The translations under genes were made by a program, and so were the position numbers. The notes under the pieces are model-generated. The model was not told the origin of the DNA. It did not search any database and worked only from the letters and a program-made list of their open reading frames with translations. This document shows positions 1 through 7,756 of a stretch of 64,000 bases of DNA, one piece after another. Where the stretch lies: NCBI GenBank assembly GCA_038063535.1, contig JBBTUV010000004.1, forward strand, positions 20,530 through 84,529, written 5' to 3'. Positions within the stretch are counted from its first letter, which is position 1; each line of letters starts with the position of its first letter. This stretch comes from Patescibacteria group bacterium (GTDB taxonomy: Bacteria > Patescibacteriota > Minisyncoccia > Phycocordibacterales > UBA9973).

Positions 1-69
1 TTGCGCTACAGCCCCGGTGCCCCATATCCTTATGAACTTCGTGAATTATTACCATAATAAAAAAATAAA

Positions 70-672
70 ATGAGTTGCGATACAATTTCTGGACTAAGTG
101 GTGTCATCTGCAGGATCAGCGATGTTCTCGGCGCCCTCCTTCCTTTTCTTGTCGCGCTCGGGGTTATCTACTTTGTTTGGGGAGTAGTCCAGTATTTTAT
201 CGGCGACTCTGACGAGGCGAAGAAGAAGGGGAGAGACCGGATCATATATGGCCTTATCGGCCTTGCGATTATCATTAGCGTCTGGGGGCTTGTCTATATT
301 CTTCAGGATACTTTCGGCTTGACTCAAGATGCGGCTCCGAATGTATCTAATCTAGTTACGACCTCAAGCACGTCCGGCTCCGGCTGTACCCTCCAGTCAA
401 AACTTCAGGGCCTCATAGGCTACGTGATATGCATTATCGGGAGCTCTGTCATACCGCTTATGTTTGCGCTTGCGGTGGTGCTCTTTGTCTGGGGGGCGGT
501 AAAGTACTTCCTGCTCTCCGGGAGCGAGGAACAAAAGAGAAGTGAAGGCAAACAGTTCATGCTCTGGGGTATAATCGCCTTGGCGGTCATGATCTCGATC
601 TGGGGCTTGGTGAAAATTTTGGGCGAAACGTTCAATATCGGTACCAGTACCCTCCCACAAGTGAAGCCCTAG
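70..672 (+). CDS. Double-module T4SS-pilin-like (TrbC/VirB2-like) small membrane protein
   Basis: 200-aa ORF with two copies of one module: hydrophobic helix ending FVWG(V/A)xxYF, a charged loop (DSDEAKKKGR / SEEQKRSEGK), then a second helix ending (V/I)WGLV(Y/K)IL. The same module recurs in the next two genes. A CATAAT -10-like box lies at 53-58. Confidence 0.6.
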   Translation: MSCDTISGLSGVICRISDVLGALLPFLVALGVIYFVWGVVQYFIGDSDEAKKKGRDRIIYGLIGLAIIISVWGLVYILQDTFGLTQDAAPNVSNLVTTSSTSGSGCTLQSKLQGLIGYVICIIGSSVIPLMFALAVVLFVWGAVKYFLLSGSEEQKRSEGKQFMLWGIIALAVMISIWGLVKILGETFNIGTSTLPQVKP

Positions 673-756
673 GTTTCCACAGGCCACTATCTTGACGCGT
701 GGTATAATTAAAAGGTTAAAATTAAGGTCGTTTACATTATCAACAACATTATTATT

Positions 757-1134
757 ATGAAAAAGAAACTTTTGACACTGGGTCTTACACTCTCGCCGCT
801 TGCAGCTTTGGCGCAGGTGACCGGCGGAACACCTAGTGTTTGCGGATCGGGTTCGATCCAGACTGTTCAAGACGTTATCTGCAAGTTGAACGAGATTCTG
901 GGCGCAATCCTCCCGTTCCTGGTTGCCGTCGGCGTTATTCTCTTCGTTTGGGGGGTACTTCAATACGTCATCGGCGGCGATGAAGAAGCCAAGAAAAAGG
1001 GCCGAACCAAGATGATCTACGGCATCATCGGTCTTGCGGTCATCATCGCCCTTTGGGGACTGGTGAAGATCTTGACCAATACCTTCGGGCTAAGGAACGT
1101 CCAGAACATTGAATATCCGACCGTACCGTATTAA
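757..1134 (+). CDS. T4SS-pilin-like small membrane protein with signal peptide
   Basis: 125-aa ORF. N-terminal signal-like MKKKLLTLGLTLSPLAALAQV, then ILPFLVAVGVILFVWGVLQYVIGGDEEAKKKGRTKMIYGIIGLAVIIALWGLVKIL. It is a paralog of module 1 of 70..672. TGGTATAAT lies at 700-708. Confidence 0.65.
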   Translation: MKKKLLTLGLTLSPLAALAQVTGGTPSVCGSGSIQTVQDVICKLNEILGAILPFLVAVGVILFVWGVLQYVIGGDEEAKKKGRTKMIYGIIGLAVIIALWGLVKILTNTFGLRNVQNIEYPTVPY

Positions 1135-1136
1135 GC

Positions 1137-1460
1137 GTGAGTAGGTTCGATACATTTCTCGTTAACTTAAACAGGGAGATCATAAATCCTCTGATACTCC
1201 TTCTCTTTGCGCTGGCGGTCGCCATTTTCCTCTTCGGCATGCTTCAGTTTTTCCTAAGCGCGGCGAATGATGAGAAGAAAACTGCCGGCAAGCAGCACAT
1301 GATTTGGGGAGTGATCGGGATGACGATAATGATGGGGGTGTTCTTTATCTTAAACCTGATACTCGGCACGCTGAATATTTCTAAGGGCGAAATAGATCCG
1401 GCTAACCCGGGCGGCGTGAATCTCAAAGAATACACTCCTCCGCCGTTCCCGCCGCAATAA
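1137..1460 (+). CDS. Divergent T4SS-pilin-like small membrane protein
   Basis: 107-aa ORF with a GTG start 2 nt after the previous stop. It has the same two-helix/charged-loop layout (LLLFALAVAIFLFGMLQFFLSAANDEKKTAGKQHMIWGVIGMTIMMGVFF) and a Pro-rich tail. Confidence 0.5.
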   Translation: MSRFDTFLVNLNREIINPLILLLFALAVAIFLFGMLQFFLSAANDEKKTAGKQHMIWGVIGMTIMMGVFFILNLILGTLNISKGEIDPANPGGVNLKEYTPPPFPPQ

Positions 1461-1471
1461 TCCGTCCTGAA

Positions 1472-1513
1472 ACGAAGAAAGGGAGTCTCGAAGGAGACTC
1501 CCTTTTCGTTTTC
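1472..1513. terminator. Bidirectional intrinsic terminator between convergent genes
   Basis: Perfect 12-bp stem AAAGGGAGTCTC (1478-1489) / GAGACTCCCTTT (1494-1505) with a GAAG loop, extended by ACGA/TCGT. It is flanked by A-run and T-run sequence. It sits between the stop of 1137..1460 (+) and the stop of 1533..1967 (-). Confidence 0.7.
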
Positions 1514-1532
1514 TGTAAACCTCCTTTCCAAT

Positions 1533-1967
1533 TTAGGGCCACATAATGACCTGGACCCCTGTGGCCGAAGGATCTTCAGGGCGCCACTTCCATTTTCCGG
1601 CCGGGCATCCTCGGTCCGGCTGGTCAACACCGGGGGTGTCGACGTACGGTGCGCCGCAAGGCGGTTCAACGTAAACGCTACCGCCCTTCGGATAGATCCA
1701 CACCTTGCGCGGGAGGTTTTTCTCAATCTCCCTCCCGTATTCCGCAAACGTGAAGAGTGAGTCCGTAGGACCCACCTTCACTTGCCGGGTGACTTGCCCG
1801 TACGTCGCCGGAGCGGGCACAGAGTCATGCTGCTGGCCCGTACCGAGATCCGGCGTGTCGTCGCCAGGACGGAAAACGAGGAAACCAGTGAAGATGATTA
1901 TGCCGGCGATAACTGCCGTTACCACCCACACTGCACTCTTCCTGCTTGTTGAAGTTGCCATGGTCAT
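1533..1967 (-). CDS. Hypothetical single-pass membrane protein, downstream partner of the SPFH gene
   Basis: 144-aa ORF with an N-terminal TM helix (VWVVTAVIAGIIIFTGFLVF) followed by a Pro/Gly/Cys-containing soluble domain. Its start overlaps the SPFH stop by 4 nt (1964-1967), which suggests translational coupling. Confidence 0.5.
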   Translation of the reverse strand: MTMATSTSRKSAVWVVTAVIAGIIIFTGFLVFRPGDDTPDLGTGQQHDSVPAPATYGQVTRQVKVGPTDSLFTFAEYGREIEKNLPRKVWIYPKGGSVYVEPPCGAPYVDTPGVDQPDRGCPAGKWKWRPEDPSATGVQVIMWP

Positions 1968-2866
1968 TTTCCCCTTATTCCTGCTGCAAACCTGCCGATG
2001 ATCTCAGCGGCAATAGGGTCCAGCGATATGTCCTTGCGGTCGATGGTCTTCGTGGCTTTCTCCGTCGCGAGCTGGACTTGTTCTAATGCCTGCTCCCGGG
2101 TGAGCCCAGCGCCACCCTCAGCCTTTGGAGCCTGAAGGAGATTGATCATCTCGGCGCCGAACACGATCTCCACCCTCTGTCCTTTCCGCTGATAGGTCTC
2201 TCGCTCTTGAAGAGCTAGATCCTTCGCTACCTCGGGGTCAAGGGTGATCTCCGGCATGATGACTTGCCGAATGGTGACACCCCAGTGCTCCTCGCTTGCT
2301 TCACAGAGAGCTTGTTCCACTTCCTTGCCGAGCTCCTCATGCATGCCCAACACTTCCTCTTGATGTTTTCCCCGGATGCTCTTCCTGAGAATTTGCTTCC
2401 GGGTACTCTCGAGCCACCCGTCAAGGTCATCGGGGACGACGCTGAAGTATGTGTCAGGGTTGGTGATGGCATAGACCACCGATCCACCAATGGTGACGTT
2501 CACGTTGTCCTTCGTGAGAGCCTGAAGGGGGGTGAAGTTGTGGGTTTGCCTTCGGCAATCCGCCGGCTTCTTCGAGAAGGGAAGCGGAGTCCACCACCAC
2601 CCTTCAGTGAAGACAATGCCCGGCACTCGCTGCCCAAAGAGCAGGAGTTGTGCTTTCCAGCCGACTGGTACTTCCTTCCATCCAATGTCGTGCCATGTTC
2701 CCCAGCCCTGCCATGCCCAGGCCACAATCGCCGCCAGCCAAAGCAGGCGTAGAAGGCTGAGGTCTGAGAACACGGCCCAACCCAGGATCAAGAGGACCAC
2801 AACAAAACCAATCCCCAAGATCCGGTTGATACCCAAGTGACCTTCTCTCTCTTCCGTGTGTGACAT
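1964..2866 (-). CDS. SPFH/band-7 (stomatin/prohibitin-like) domain membrane protein
   Basis: An N-terminal Trp-rich double TM region is followed by an SPFH-like core (TKDNVNVTIGGSVVYAITNPDTYF ... WGVTIRQVIMPEITLDPEV). The start is moved to ATG 2866 (MSHTEEREGH) because AAGGAGA lies 7 nt upstream. The 47 extra codons in the track ORF (to 3007) look non-coding. Confidence 0.75.
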   Translation of the reverse strand: MSHTEEREGHLGINRILGIGFVVVLLILGWAVFSDLSLLRLLWLAAIVAWAWQGWGTWHDIGWKEVPVGWKAQLLLFGQRVPGIVFTEGWWWTPLPFSKKPADCRRQTHNFTPLQALTKDNVNVTIGGSVVYAITNPDTYFSVVPDDLDGWLESTRKQILRKSIRGKHQEEVLGMHEELGKEVEQALCEASEEHWGVTIRQVIMPEITLDPEVAKDLALQERETYQRKGQRVEIVFGAEMINLLQAPKAEGGAGLTREQALEQVQLATEKATKTIDRKDISLDPIAAEIIGRFAAGIRGK

Positions 2867-3041
2867 CGTTTCATCTCCTTGCGCCCGAGGCGCGTTTGTG
2901 TGCGCCCCGCTGAGCGCGGGAAATTGTGTGACAGAGTTGTCACGGTTAGCGGGCAAGGGGGTCGAAAGGGGATTGCAACCACTTAGCCCGCCAACCGTCC
3001 AATTCAATTAGAAAGGATTTCAATGTGCTAAATTCTCAAAT

Positions 3042-3070
3042 AGTATATCACAAAAGAAGCCAAAAGTCAA
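3042..3070 (-). promoter_or_regulatory. Sigma70-type promoter (TTGACT-N17-TGaTATACT) upstream of the SPFH operon
   Basis: The minus strand reads TTGACT (3070-3065), a 17-nt spacer, then TATACT (3047-3042) preceded by TGa. This implies a 5' UTR of about 170 nt before ATG 2866. Confidence 0.45.
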
Positions 3071-3121
3071 TCCCGTTTAGAGGCAGAGGGTCGCTGCGAG
3101 CCCTCGCGGCCTCTAACGGGA
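3071..3121 (-). terminator. Long imperfect hairpin downstream of 3180..3941
   Basis: CCCGTT(T)AGAGGC (3072-3084) pairs with GCCTCTAACGGG (3109-3120), with an inner GAGGG/CCCTC pairing. There is no clean U-run, so terminator function is tentative. Confidence 0.35.
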
Positions 3122-3179
3122 CTAGCAAAACCAAAACCTCCCCTGACAAAAGGGGAGGCTAAGGTGGGGTTATCAATAA

Positions 3180-3941
3180 TTACGCGTGCTTGAGTGGCGT
3201 GGAGTGATATTTGTTCTCAAGATAGAGCTTGCGCACAACGATCACTACCAGAAGGACGAGTATCGCGAAGATGAGCCACTGGGTAAGCCCCGAAGGCATG
3301 AGTCCGTAGCTGGAGCCGTAGAGCGCGTTTGATACAAGCTGGCTCGAGGTCGGTTCGTTCTCCTGGCTTGCTCCCATCACCTCGCCGTTTTGCACGGTGC
3401 TTGTCGAGCGGGAAGTCGAGACAGAAGGAGCCTGGTAAGCTGAGGTGGAAGTGCCGGAACTTGCGCCGACCACCTCGAAGCGTACTCCGTTCGAGTATCC
3501 ACCGCCGGGGCCGGGATTATATACCGAGACATACTTTTCGTTAGCGCCGTAGAGGTCCCCAGACTGAAGATACATTACCAAGTGCGACGGGTCGATGAAA
3601 GAAGTCGTGCGGTTCAAACCGTTCCAGCGGGCCTGTGATCTCGAAGTGAAGCCGCTGCCGGTGACGTTTACGGTGAGCGAGCTTCCGCTTATATTTGCGG
3701 ACTTGGGACTCAACGAGCTTACGCTTGGGGACGGATTCTCACTGGCGGTTGTTATGACACCAGTGTCCTCATCGGTGTCCGGCTCGTTGTAAGAGCTGTA
3801 ATAACCCCGATTTGCCGCTGCTGCGCTTCGCGGGATGACCGAGAAGGCGAGGCTCACAACCAATCCGATTGCCAAAAGGATCAATATTCCCAAGCTCAAA
3901 TTCCTATTTACGCTATTTAATTTTGCCTTATTTTTACTCAT
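3180..3941 (-). CDS. Surface protein with IPT/TIG-like Ig-fold domain, N-terminal TM and C-terminal anchor
   Basis: 253-aa ORF. The N-terminal helix is LSLGILILLAIGLVVSLAF. The central segment PKSANISGSSLTVNVTGSGFTSRSQARWNG...SVYNPGPGGGYSNGVRFEVV fits the IPT/TIG pattern. Ser/Thr-rich linkers follow. The C-terminus is LMPSG + WLIFAILVLLVVIVV + RK. Confidence 0.5.
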   Translation of the reverse strand: MSKNKAKLNSVNRNLSLGILILLAIGLVVSLAFSVIPRSAAAANRGYYSSYNEPDTDEDTGVITTASENPSPSVSSLSPKSANISGSSLTVNVTGSGFTSRSQARWNGLNRTTSFIDPSHLVMYLQSGDLYGANEKYVSVYNPGPGGGYSNGVRFEVVGASSGTSTSAYQAPSVSTSRSTSTVQNGEVMGASQENEPTSSQLVSNALYGSSYGLMPSGLTQWLIFAILVLLVVIVVRKLYLENKYHSTPLKHA

Positions 3942-3977
3942 GCTAGTAGTATAGCATATTCCACCTTAAAAGTCAAG

Positions 3978-4061
3978 TGCCGTGGGGGAGATTTGAACTC
4001 CCAAGAGATTACTCTCAATAGCTCCTGAAGCTATCGCGTATACCAATTCCGCCACCACGGC
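3978..4061 (-). tRNA. tRNA-Leu (anticodon CAG)
   Basis: Reverse complement folds as a cloverleaf. Acceptor GCCGTGG/CCACGGC, anticodon stem ATAGC/GCTAT with loop TTCAGGA, long variable arm, T arm GGGAG-TTCAAAT-CTCCC, discriminator A. No encoded CCA. Confidence 0.9.
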
Positions 4062-4065
4062 TCTG

Positions 4066-4147
4066 TGGGCGAGAGAGGACTCGAACCTCCAAGTCTTTCG
4101 ACACGTGCTCCTAAGGCACGCGCGTATACCAATTCCGCCACTCGCCC
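4066..4147 (-). tRNA. tRNA-Leu (anticodon TAG)
   Basis: Acceptor GGGCGAG/CTCGCCC, anticodon stem CGTGC/GCACG with loop CTTAGGA, long variable arm, T loop TTCGAGT. No encoded CCA. Confidence 0.9.
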
Positions 4148-4151
4148 TCTG

Positions 4152-4224
4152 TCCGCCCTGTAGGATTCGAACCTACGACCTTCTCCTTAAGAGGGAGCAG
4201 CTCTACCAGCTGAGCTAAGGGCGG
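4152..4224 (-). tRNA. tRNA-Lys (anticodon CTT)
   Basis: Acceptor CCGCCCT/AGGGCGG, D arm TAGCTCAGCTGGTAGAGC, anticodon loop CTCTTAA, T arm GTAGG-TTCGAAT-CCTAC. Length 73 nt. Confidence 0.85.
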
Positions 4225-4227
4225 ATG

Positions 4228-4309
4228 TGCCCGGGGTGGGCATCGAACCCACATCTCTTGCGAGACACGATCTTAAGTCGTGCGCGTATACCAATTCCGC
4301 CACCCGGGC
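4228..4309 (-). tRNA. tRNA-Leu (anticodon TAA)
   Basis: Acceptor GCCCGGG/CCCGGGC, anticodon stem CACGA/TCGTG with loop CTTAAGA, long variable arm, T arm GTGGG-TTCGATG-CCCAC. Confidence 0.9.
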
Positions 4310-4341
4310 AATATTCTTTTTTCGATCTACATTCTTCTCCG

Positions 4342-4416
4342 TGGAGGCCTAGGTGGGAATCGCACCCACGTATAAGAGTTTTGCAGACTCTTGCCTTACT
4401 ACTTGGCGACTAGGCC
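4342..4416 (-). tRNA. tRNA-Cys (anticodon GCA), CCA encoded
   Basis: Acceptor GGCCTAG/CTAGGCC, anticodon stem AGAGT/ACTCT with loop CTGCAAA, T arm GTGGG-TGCGATT-CCCAC, discriminator T followed by genomic CCA (4344-4342). Confidence 0.9.
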
Positions 4417-4435
4417 ATAAGGAAATTATATCTTA

Positions 4436-4714
4436 TTATTTTTCAATTTCGATTTCAACAAAGGGAACGTTTTTCACCTGCATGTTAGCTTTGAGGTAAT
4501 CGCGCAAGTCACTCCGCTTGCGCCTTGCGAACTCCAGTGCTTCAAGGGCTTGCTCTTCCGGAAGCACGCTTATGTAAACAGTCGCGTTCCGGAGATCCGA
4601 GGACACGTCGGCCCTGGTTACGGTGATGAGCGAGACGGAATTATTCTCGCGCTCGAGGAACACGGCCGCAAGCTCTTTCACCAGGTTCGCCGCTTTTTCA
4701 TCTCGTCTGCCCAT
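4436..4714 (-). CDS. rbfA: Ribosome-binding factor A
   Basis: 92-aa ORF with an RbfA-like core (SLITVTRADVSSDLRNATVYISVL). It lies immediately downstream of infB, as in the conserved infB-rbfA arrangement. Confidence 0.85.
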   Translation of the reverse strand: MGRRDEKAANLVKELAAVFLERENNSVSLITVTRADVSSDLRNATVYISVLPEEQALEALEFARRKRSDLRDYLKANMQVKNVPFVEIEIEK

Positions 4715-4724
4715 GATTTTTGGT

Positions 4725-6203
4725 TTATTTCTGTACCAGGCTGAAAGATTCTATCGCATCTCCCGGGACTACATTGATTTTCGATTCAAGGAGCATGCCG
4801 AATTCTTCGCCTTCCGCGGCGCTCCCTACTTTGTCTTTGTTCTTTTGCATGTTCACGATCCTGCCGCGCCCGATCTCGAAGTCTCTCCGGAGAATTTTGA
4901 CGTTGCTCTCGACGCGGATTTCGCCTTCGAGCACTTTTCCTCCGAGAACTTGCCGCTCTTTTGTCCGGCCGAAGATTTTCAAAATCTTGGCGCGCCCGGT
5001 CGATTCTTCGGTTTCCACGCGCGGCCGGCGTTTCTCAAGCTCTTCCGTGAGCCACTCGGTCATTTTATAAATGATGTCGAAGAGCGATATGGTAATTCCC
5101 CGTGCTTCCGCGATTTCCGCAACGCTTCGATCCGTCTTCACATGAAAGCCGAGCACTATCGCATCTGACGGAGCGTTCTTCGCGTCGCCTTCGCCGATCG
5201 GCCCCACTCCGGAGAGAACCACGCGAAACTCCGCGTTCTCGGCGGAGATTTTCTCTATCTCCCGCTCGATCGCTTCGAGGGAGCCGAGAGTATCGGCCTT
5301 GAGCACGATCGGGATAATTTTCTTGTTCCCGGATTCCTCGTTCCTACTCGGAATATTCTTCACGACCAAGGCAGACTTTGCAAATTCTGCCGCTTCTTCT
5401 TTTTCTATGAAAGCTCGGAAACGGCTACCGACCTTGGGAATTTCATCGAAGCCGACCAGCCGCACCGGGGAAGAAAAAGAAGCCTGCTCGATAGATTTGC
5501 CGAGAAAATCCTCGATGATTTTCACACGACAGATCGCGCCCTCTGCGCCCACAGTCGTTCCTTTTCGGAGCGTGCCGTCCTTTATGATAATGGTAGCCTG
5601 GATGCCGCGGCGCGGATCGAGATTCGTTTCGATCACCGAGCCCTCTGCAGGAGCGTTCGGGTCGCCGGAGAAATTTTCAAGTTCCGCCAGGACCAGTATT
5701 AAAGAAAGAAGTTCGTCTACACCCTCACCGGTCTTGGCGGAGATAAGGGCGAAGGGCACGTTCCCGCCGTAGCCCTCGAGATAAATTCCCGCTTCGGCGA
5801 GTTCGCCCTTTGTTTTCTCCACGTTTGCCTCAGGTTTGTCGATCTTGGCCAGGGCGACGATGAAAGGAGTGCCCGAGGCCGCGATCGTTTTATATGCCTC
5901 GATCGTTTGTGGCTTCACCCCGTCTTCGGCGCTGACGACGAGGATCGCGATGTCGGCGGCTTCTGCGCCACGCTCGCGCATCTTCGAAAACGCTTCATGA
6001 CCGGGAGTATCGAGGAATGTTATTTTCCCAGAGGTGGTTGTGACTTCATACGCGCTGATGTGCTGGGTGATTCCGCCGATCTCACTCTCGACTACGTTCG
6101 TTTTTCGGATATAGTCGAGGAGCGTCGATTTCCCATGATCGATGTGCCCCATTACTACCACTACCGGCGGGCGGCTTATTCGGTTTTCTTTTTGGCTTTC
6201 CAT
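4725..6203 (-). CDS. infB: Translation initiation factor IF-2 (short form)
   Basis: 492 aa. GTPase motifs GHIDHGKST, DTPGHEAF and AKIDK, followed by the IF-2 C-terminal domains. The long N-terminal region of typical bacterial IF-2 is absent. Confidence 0.9.
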   Translation of the reverse strand: MESQKENRISRPPVVVVMGHIDHGKSTLLDYIRKTNVVESEIGGITQHISAYEVTTTSGKITFLDTPGHEAFSKMRERGAEAADIAILVVSAEDGVKPQTIEAYKTIAASGTPFIVALAKIDKPEANVEKTKGELAEAGIYLEGYGGNVPFALISAKTGEGVDELLSLILVLAELENFSGDPNAPAEGSVIETNLDPRRGIQATIIIKDGTLRKGTTVGAEGAICRVKIIEDFLGKSIEQASFSSPVRLVGFDEIPKVGSRFRAFIEKEEAAEFAKSALVVKNIPSRNEESGNKKIIPIVLKADTLGSLEAIEREIEKISAENAEFRVVLSGVGPIGEGDAKNAPSDAIVLGFHVKTDRSVAEIAEARGITISLFDIIYKMTEWLTEELEKRRPRVETEESTGRAKILKIFGRTKERQVLGGKVLEGEIRVESNVKILRRDFEIGRGRIVNMQKNKDKVGSAAEGEEFGMLLESKINVVPGDAIESFSLVQK

Positions 6204-6640
6204 AGTGCTTCTTTTTCCTCTTCGGTAAGTTCGTATTCGGATTTTCCACCCTTCACCGGCTTGGCAAAGACGCTCATTCTCTCCCTGGCATAAAGGGAAG
6301 AAAGCACCACTCCGTCGCCGCCCTCGTCAACCATTCCGATGGCAAAACTCTGGTTCGAGCCCTGGTCCGGAAATGGATTGAAGCGCACCGTCTCAAGGCC
6401 GCGGATGCTCCCGGCGAGTTTCTTGTTCATCACCGCGATCTCGGCCCCTGATTTTTCGTTTGCCGATTTCAAACTCAAAATGTCGCTGGAGAGTTTCTCA
6501 ATGGTCTCCTCGAGGTCCTTTCCCTTTTTCCCGAGGAAGAACTTTTTCAGGCGCTTCTCGGTGCGGAATAGCCAAAAGAGTTCGACAAGAATTACGAGCC
6601 CGGCCAAAACAAAAAAAGCCATCTCAAGCTTGGTGTTCAT
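6176..6640 (-). CDS. DUF4446-like membrane-anchored protein
   Basis: 154 aa. N-terminal TM, a coiled region, then VRFNPFPDQGSNQSFAIGMVDEGGDGVVLSSLYARE, which is typical of the DUF4446 family as recalled. It overlaps the infB start by 28 nt. Confidence 0.55.
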   Translation of the reverse strand: MNTKLEMAFFVLAGLVILVELFWLFRTEKRLKKFFLGKKGKDLEETIEKLSSDILSLKSANEKSGAEIAVMNKKLAGSIRGLETVRFNPFPDQGSNQSFAIGMVDEGGDGVVLSSLYARERMSVFAKPVKGGKSEYELTEEEKEALWKAKKKTE

Positions 6641-6664
6641 GATTTTTCAATATATACTATTTCG

Positions 6665-7753
6665 GTGCGAAAATCAAAGGAAATCTATTTAGATTATGCT
6701 TCAGGTACTGAGCCGAACCCGAGCGCAATACACGAGCTTGGCGTCGGAGAGAAAAAAAAGCTCGAGGTAGCGCGCGAGTGCATTGCGCGAGTTTTTAGAG
6801 CGAGAGCGAGCGAAATAATTTTCACCTCTGGAGGCACCGAGAGCAATAATTTGGCCATTCTTGGGATGCCGAGAGGGCATGTTGTCACCACCAACATAGA
6901 ACATGCTTCAGTGCTCGAAGCTGCAAAGCAGAGGGGCAAGGTGACATTCGTTCCCGTCGAAAAAAATGGCATCGTCGACCCCCGAAAAATCCGAGACGCA
7001 CTTCGGGGTGATACGGTGCTCGTCTCGGTTATGTATGCAAACAACGAGATCGGAACTATCCAACCTATCCGAGAAATTGCAAAAGAGATCCGGCACTGGA
7101 ATAAAAATCACAGCAAAAAAATATATTTCCACACGGACGCAGTCCAGGCGGTGAATTATTTGCCCATCAATGTTGAGAAGCTCGGCGTGGATTTGATGAG
7201 CCTGAATGCTGCAAAAATTTACGGCCCGAAAGGGGTCGGTGCGCTTTACGTCCGGCAGGGTACACCGCTTCACCCGATTATGTTCGGCGGCAATCAGGAA
7301 GGGAAGCTTCGCCCAGGGACGGAAAATGTCGCCGGCGCTGAGGCACTTGCCGAAGCGCTCGAAGAAACAGAAAGAATAAAAGAAAGGGAGATAAAACGCC
7401 TCACCAAACTCCGAGATTATTTTCTCCACCAATTGGCACGGTTTGATTTTGTCGTAAACGGCGACTTGGAAGCAAGGCTTCCAAACAACGTGAATGTCTC
7501 GGTGACCAAAATCCCAAGCGATCTTTTGGTGATTGAACTCTCCGCGCGAGGGATCATGGTTTCCGGCAAGAGTGCCTGCAAATCAGGCGACGAGAAAGCT
7601 TCGCACGTACTTAGAGCGATTCGCGGGCGCGTGGCCGAGAGCGAGGGGTCCTTGCGATTTTCCCTAGGGCGGGGGACGACAAAAAAGGATATCGAGCGGA
7701 CAGTCCAGGTGCTCGCCCAGATATTTGCAAAGCTAGAAAAGTGGTATCATTAA
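6665..7753 (+). CDS. Cysteine desulfurase (class V aminotransferase, NifS/IscS-like)
   Basis: 362 aa with a GTG start. Motifs SGGTESNN, HTDAVQA, the PLP-lysine region AAKIYGPKGVGALYV and the active-site Cys loop SGKSACKSG. Confidence 0.85.
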   Translation: MRKSKEIYLDYASGTEPNPSAIHELGVGEKKKLEVARECIARVFRARASEIIFTSGGTESNNLAILGMPRGHVVTTNIEHASVLEAAKQRGKVTFVPVEKNGIVDPRKIRDALRGDTVLVSVMYANNEIGTIQPIREIAKEIRHWNKNHSKKIYFHTDAVQAVNYLPINVEKLGVDLMSLNAAKIYGPKGVGALYVRQGTPLHPIMFGGNQEGKLRPGTENVAGAEALAEALEETERIKEREIKRLTKLRDYFLHQLARFDFVVNGDLEARLPNNVNVSVTKIPSDLLVIELSARGIMVSGKSACKSGDEKASHVLRAIRGRVAESEGSLRFSLGRGTTKKDIERTVQVLAQIFAKLEKWYH

Positions 7754-7756
7754 GAA

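Noticed and set aside
1244-2001. ORFs 1244..1747 (-, 167 aa) and 1705..2001 (+, 98 aa).
   Set aside because: They run through the strong bidirectional terminator at 1478-1505 and overlap the pilin-like and membrane-protein genes. Their composition looks non-coding.
4225-4413. 62-aa plus-strand ORF.
   Set aside because: It lies entirely across tRNA-Leu(TAA) and tRNA-Cys on the opposite strand. It is an artefact of tRNA sequence.
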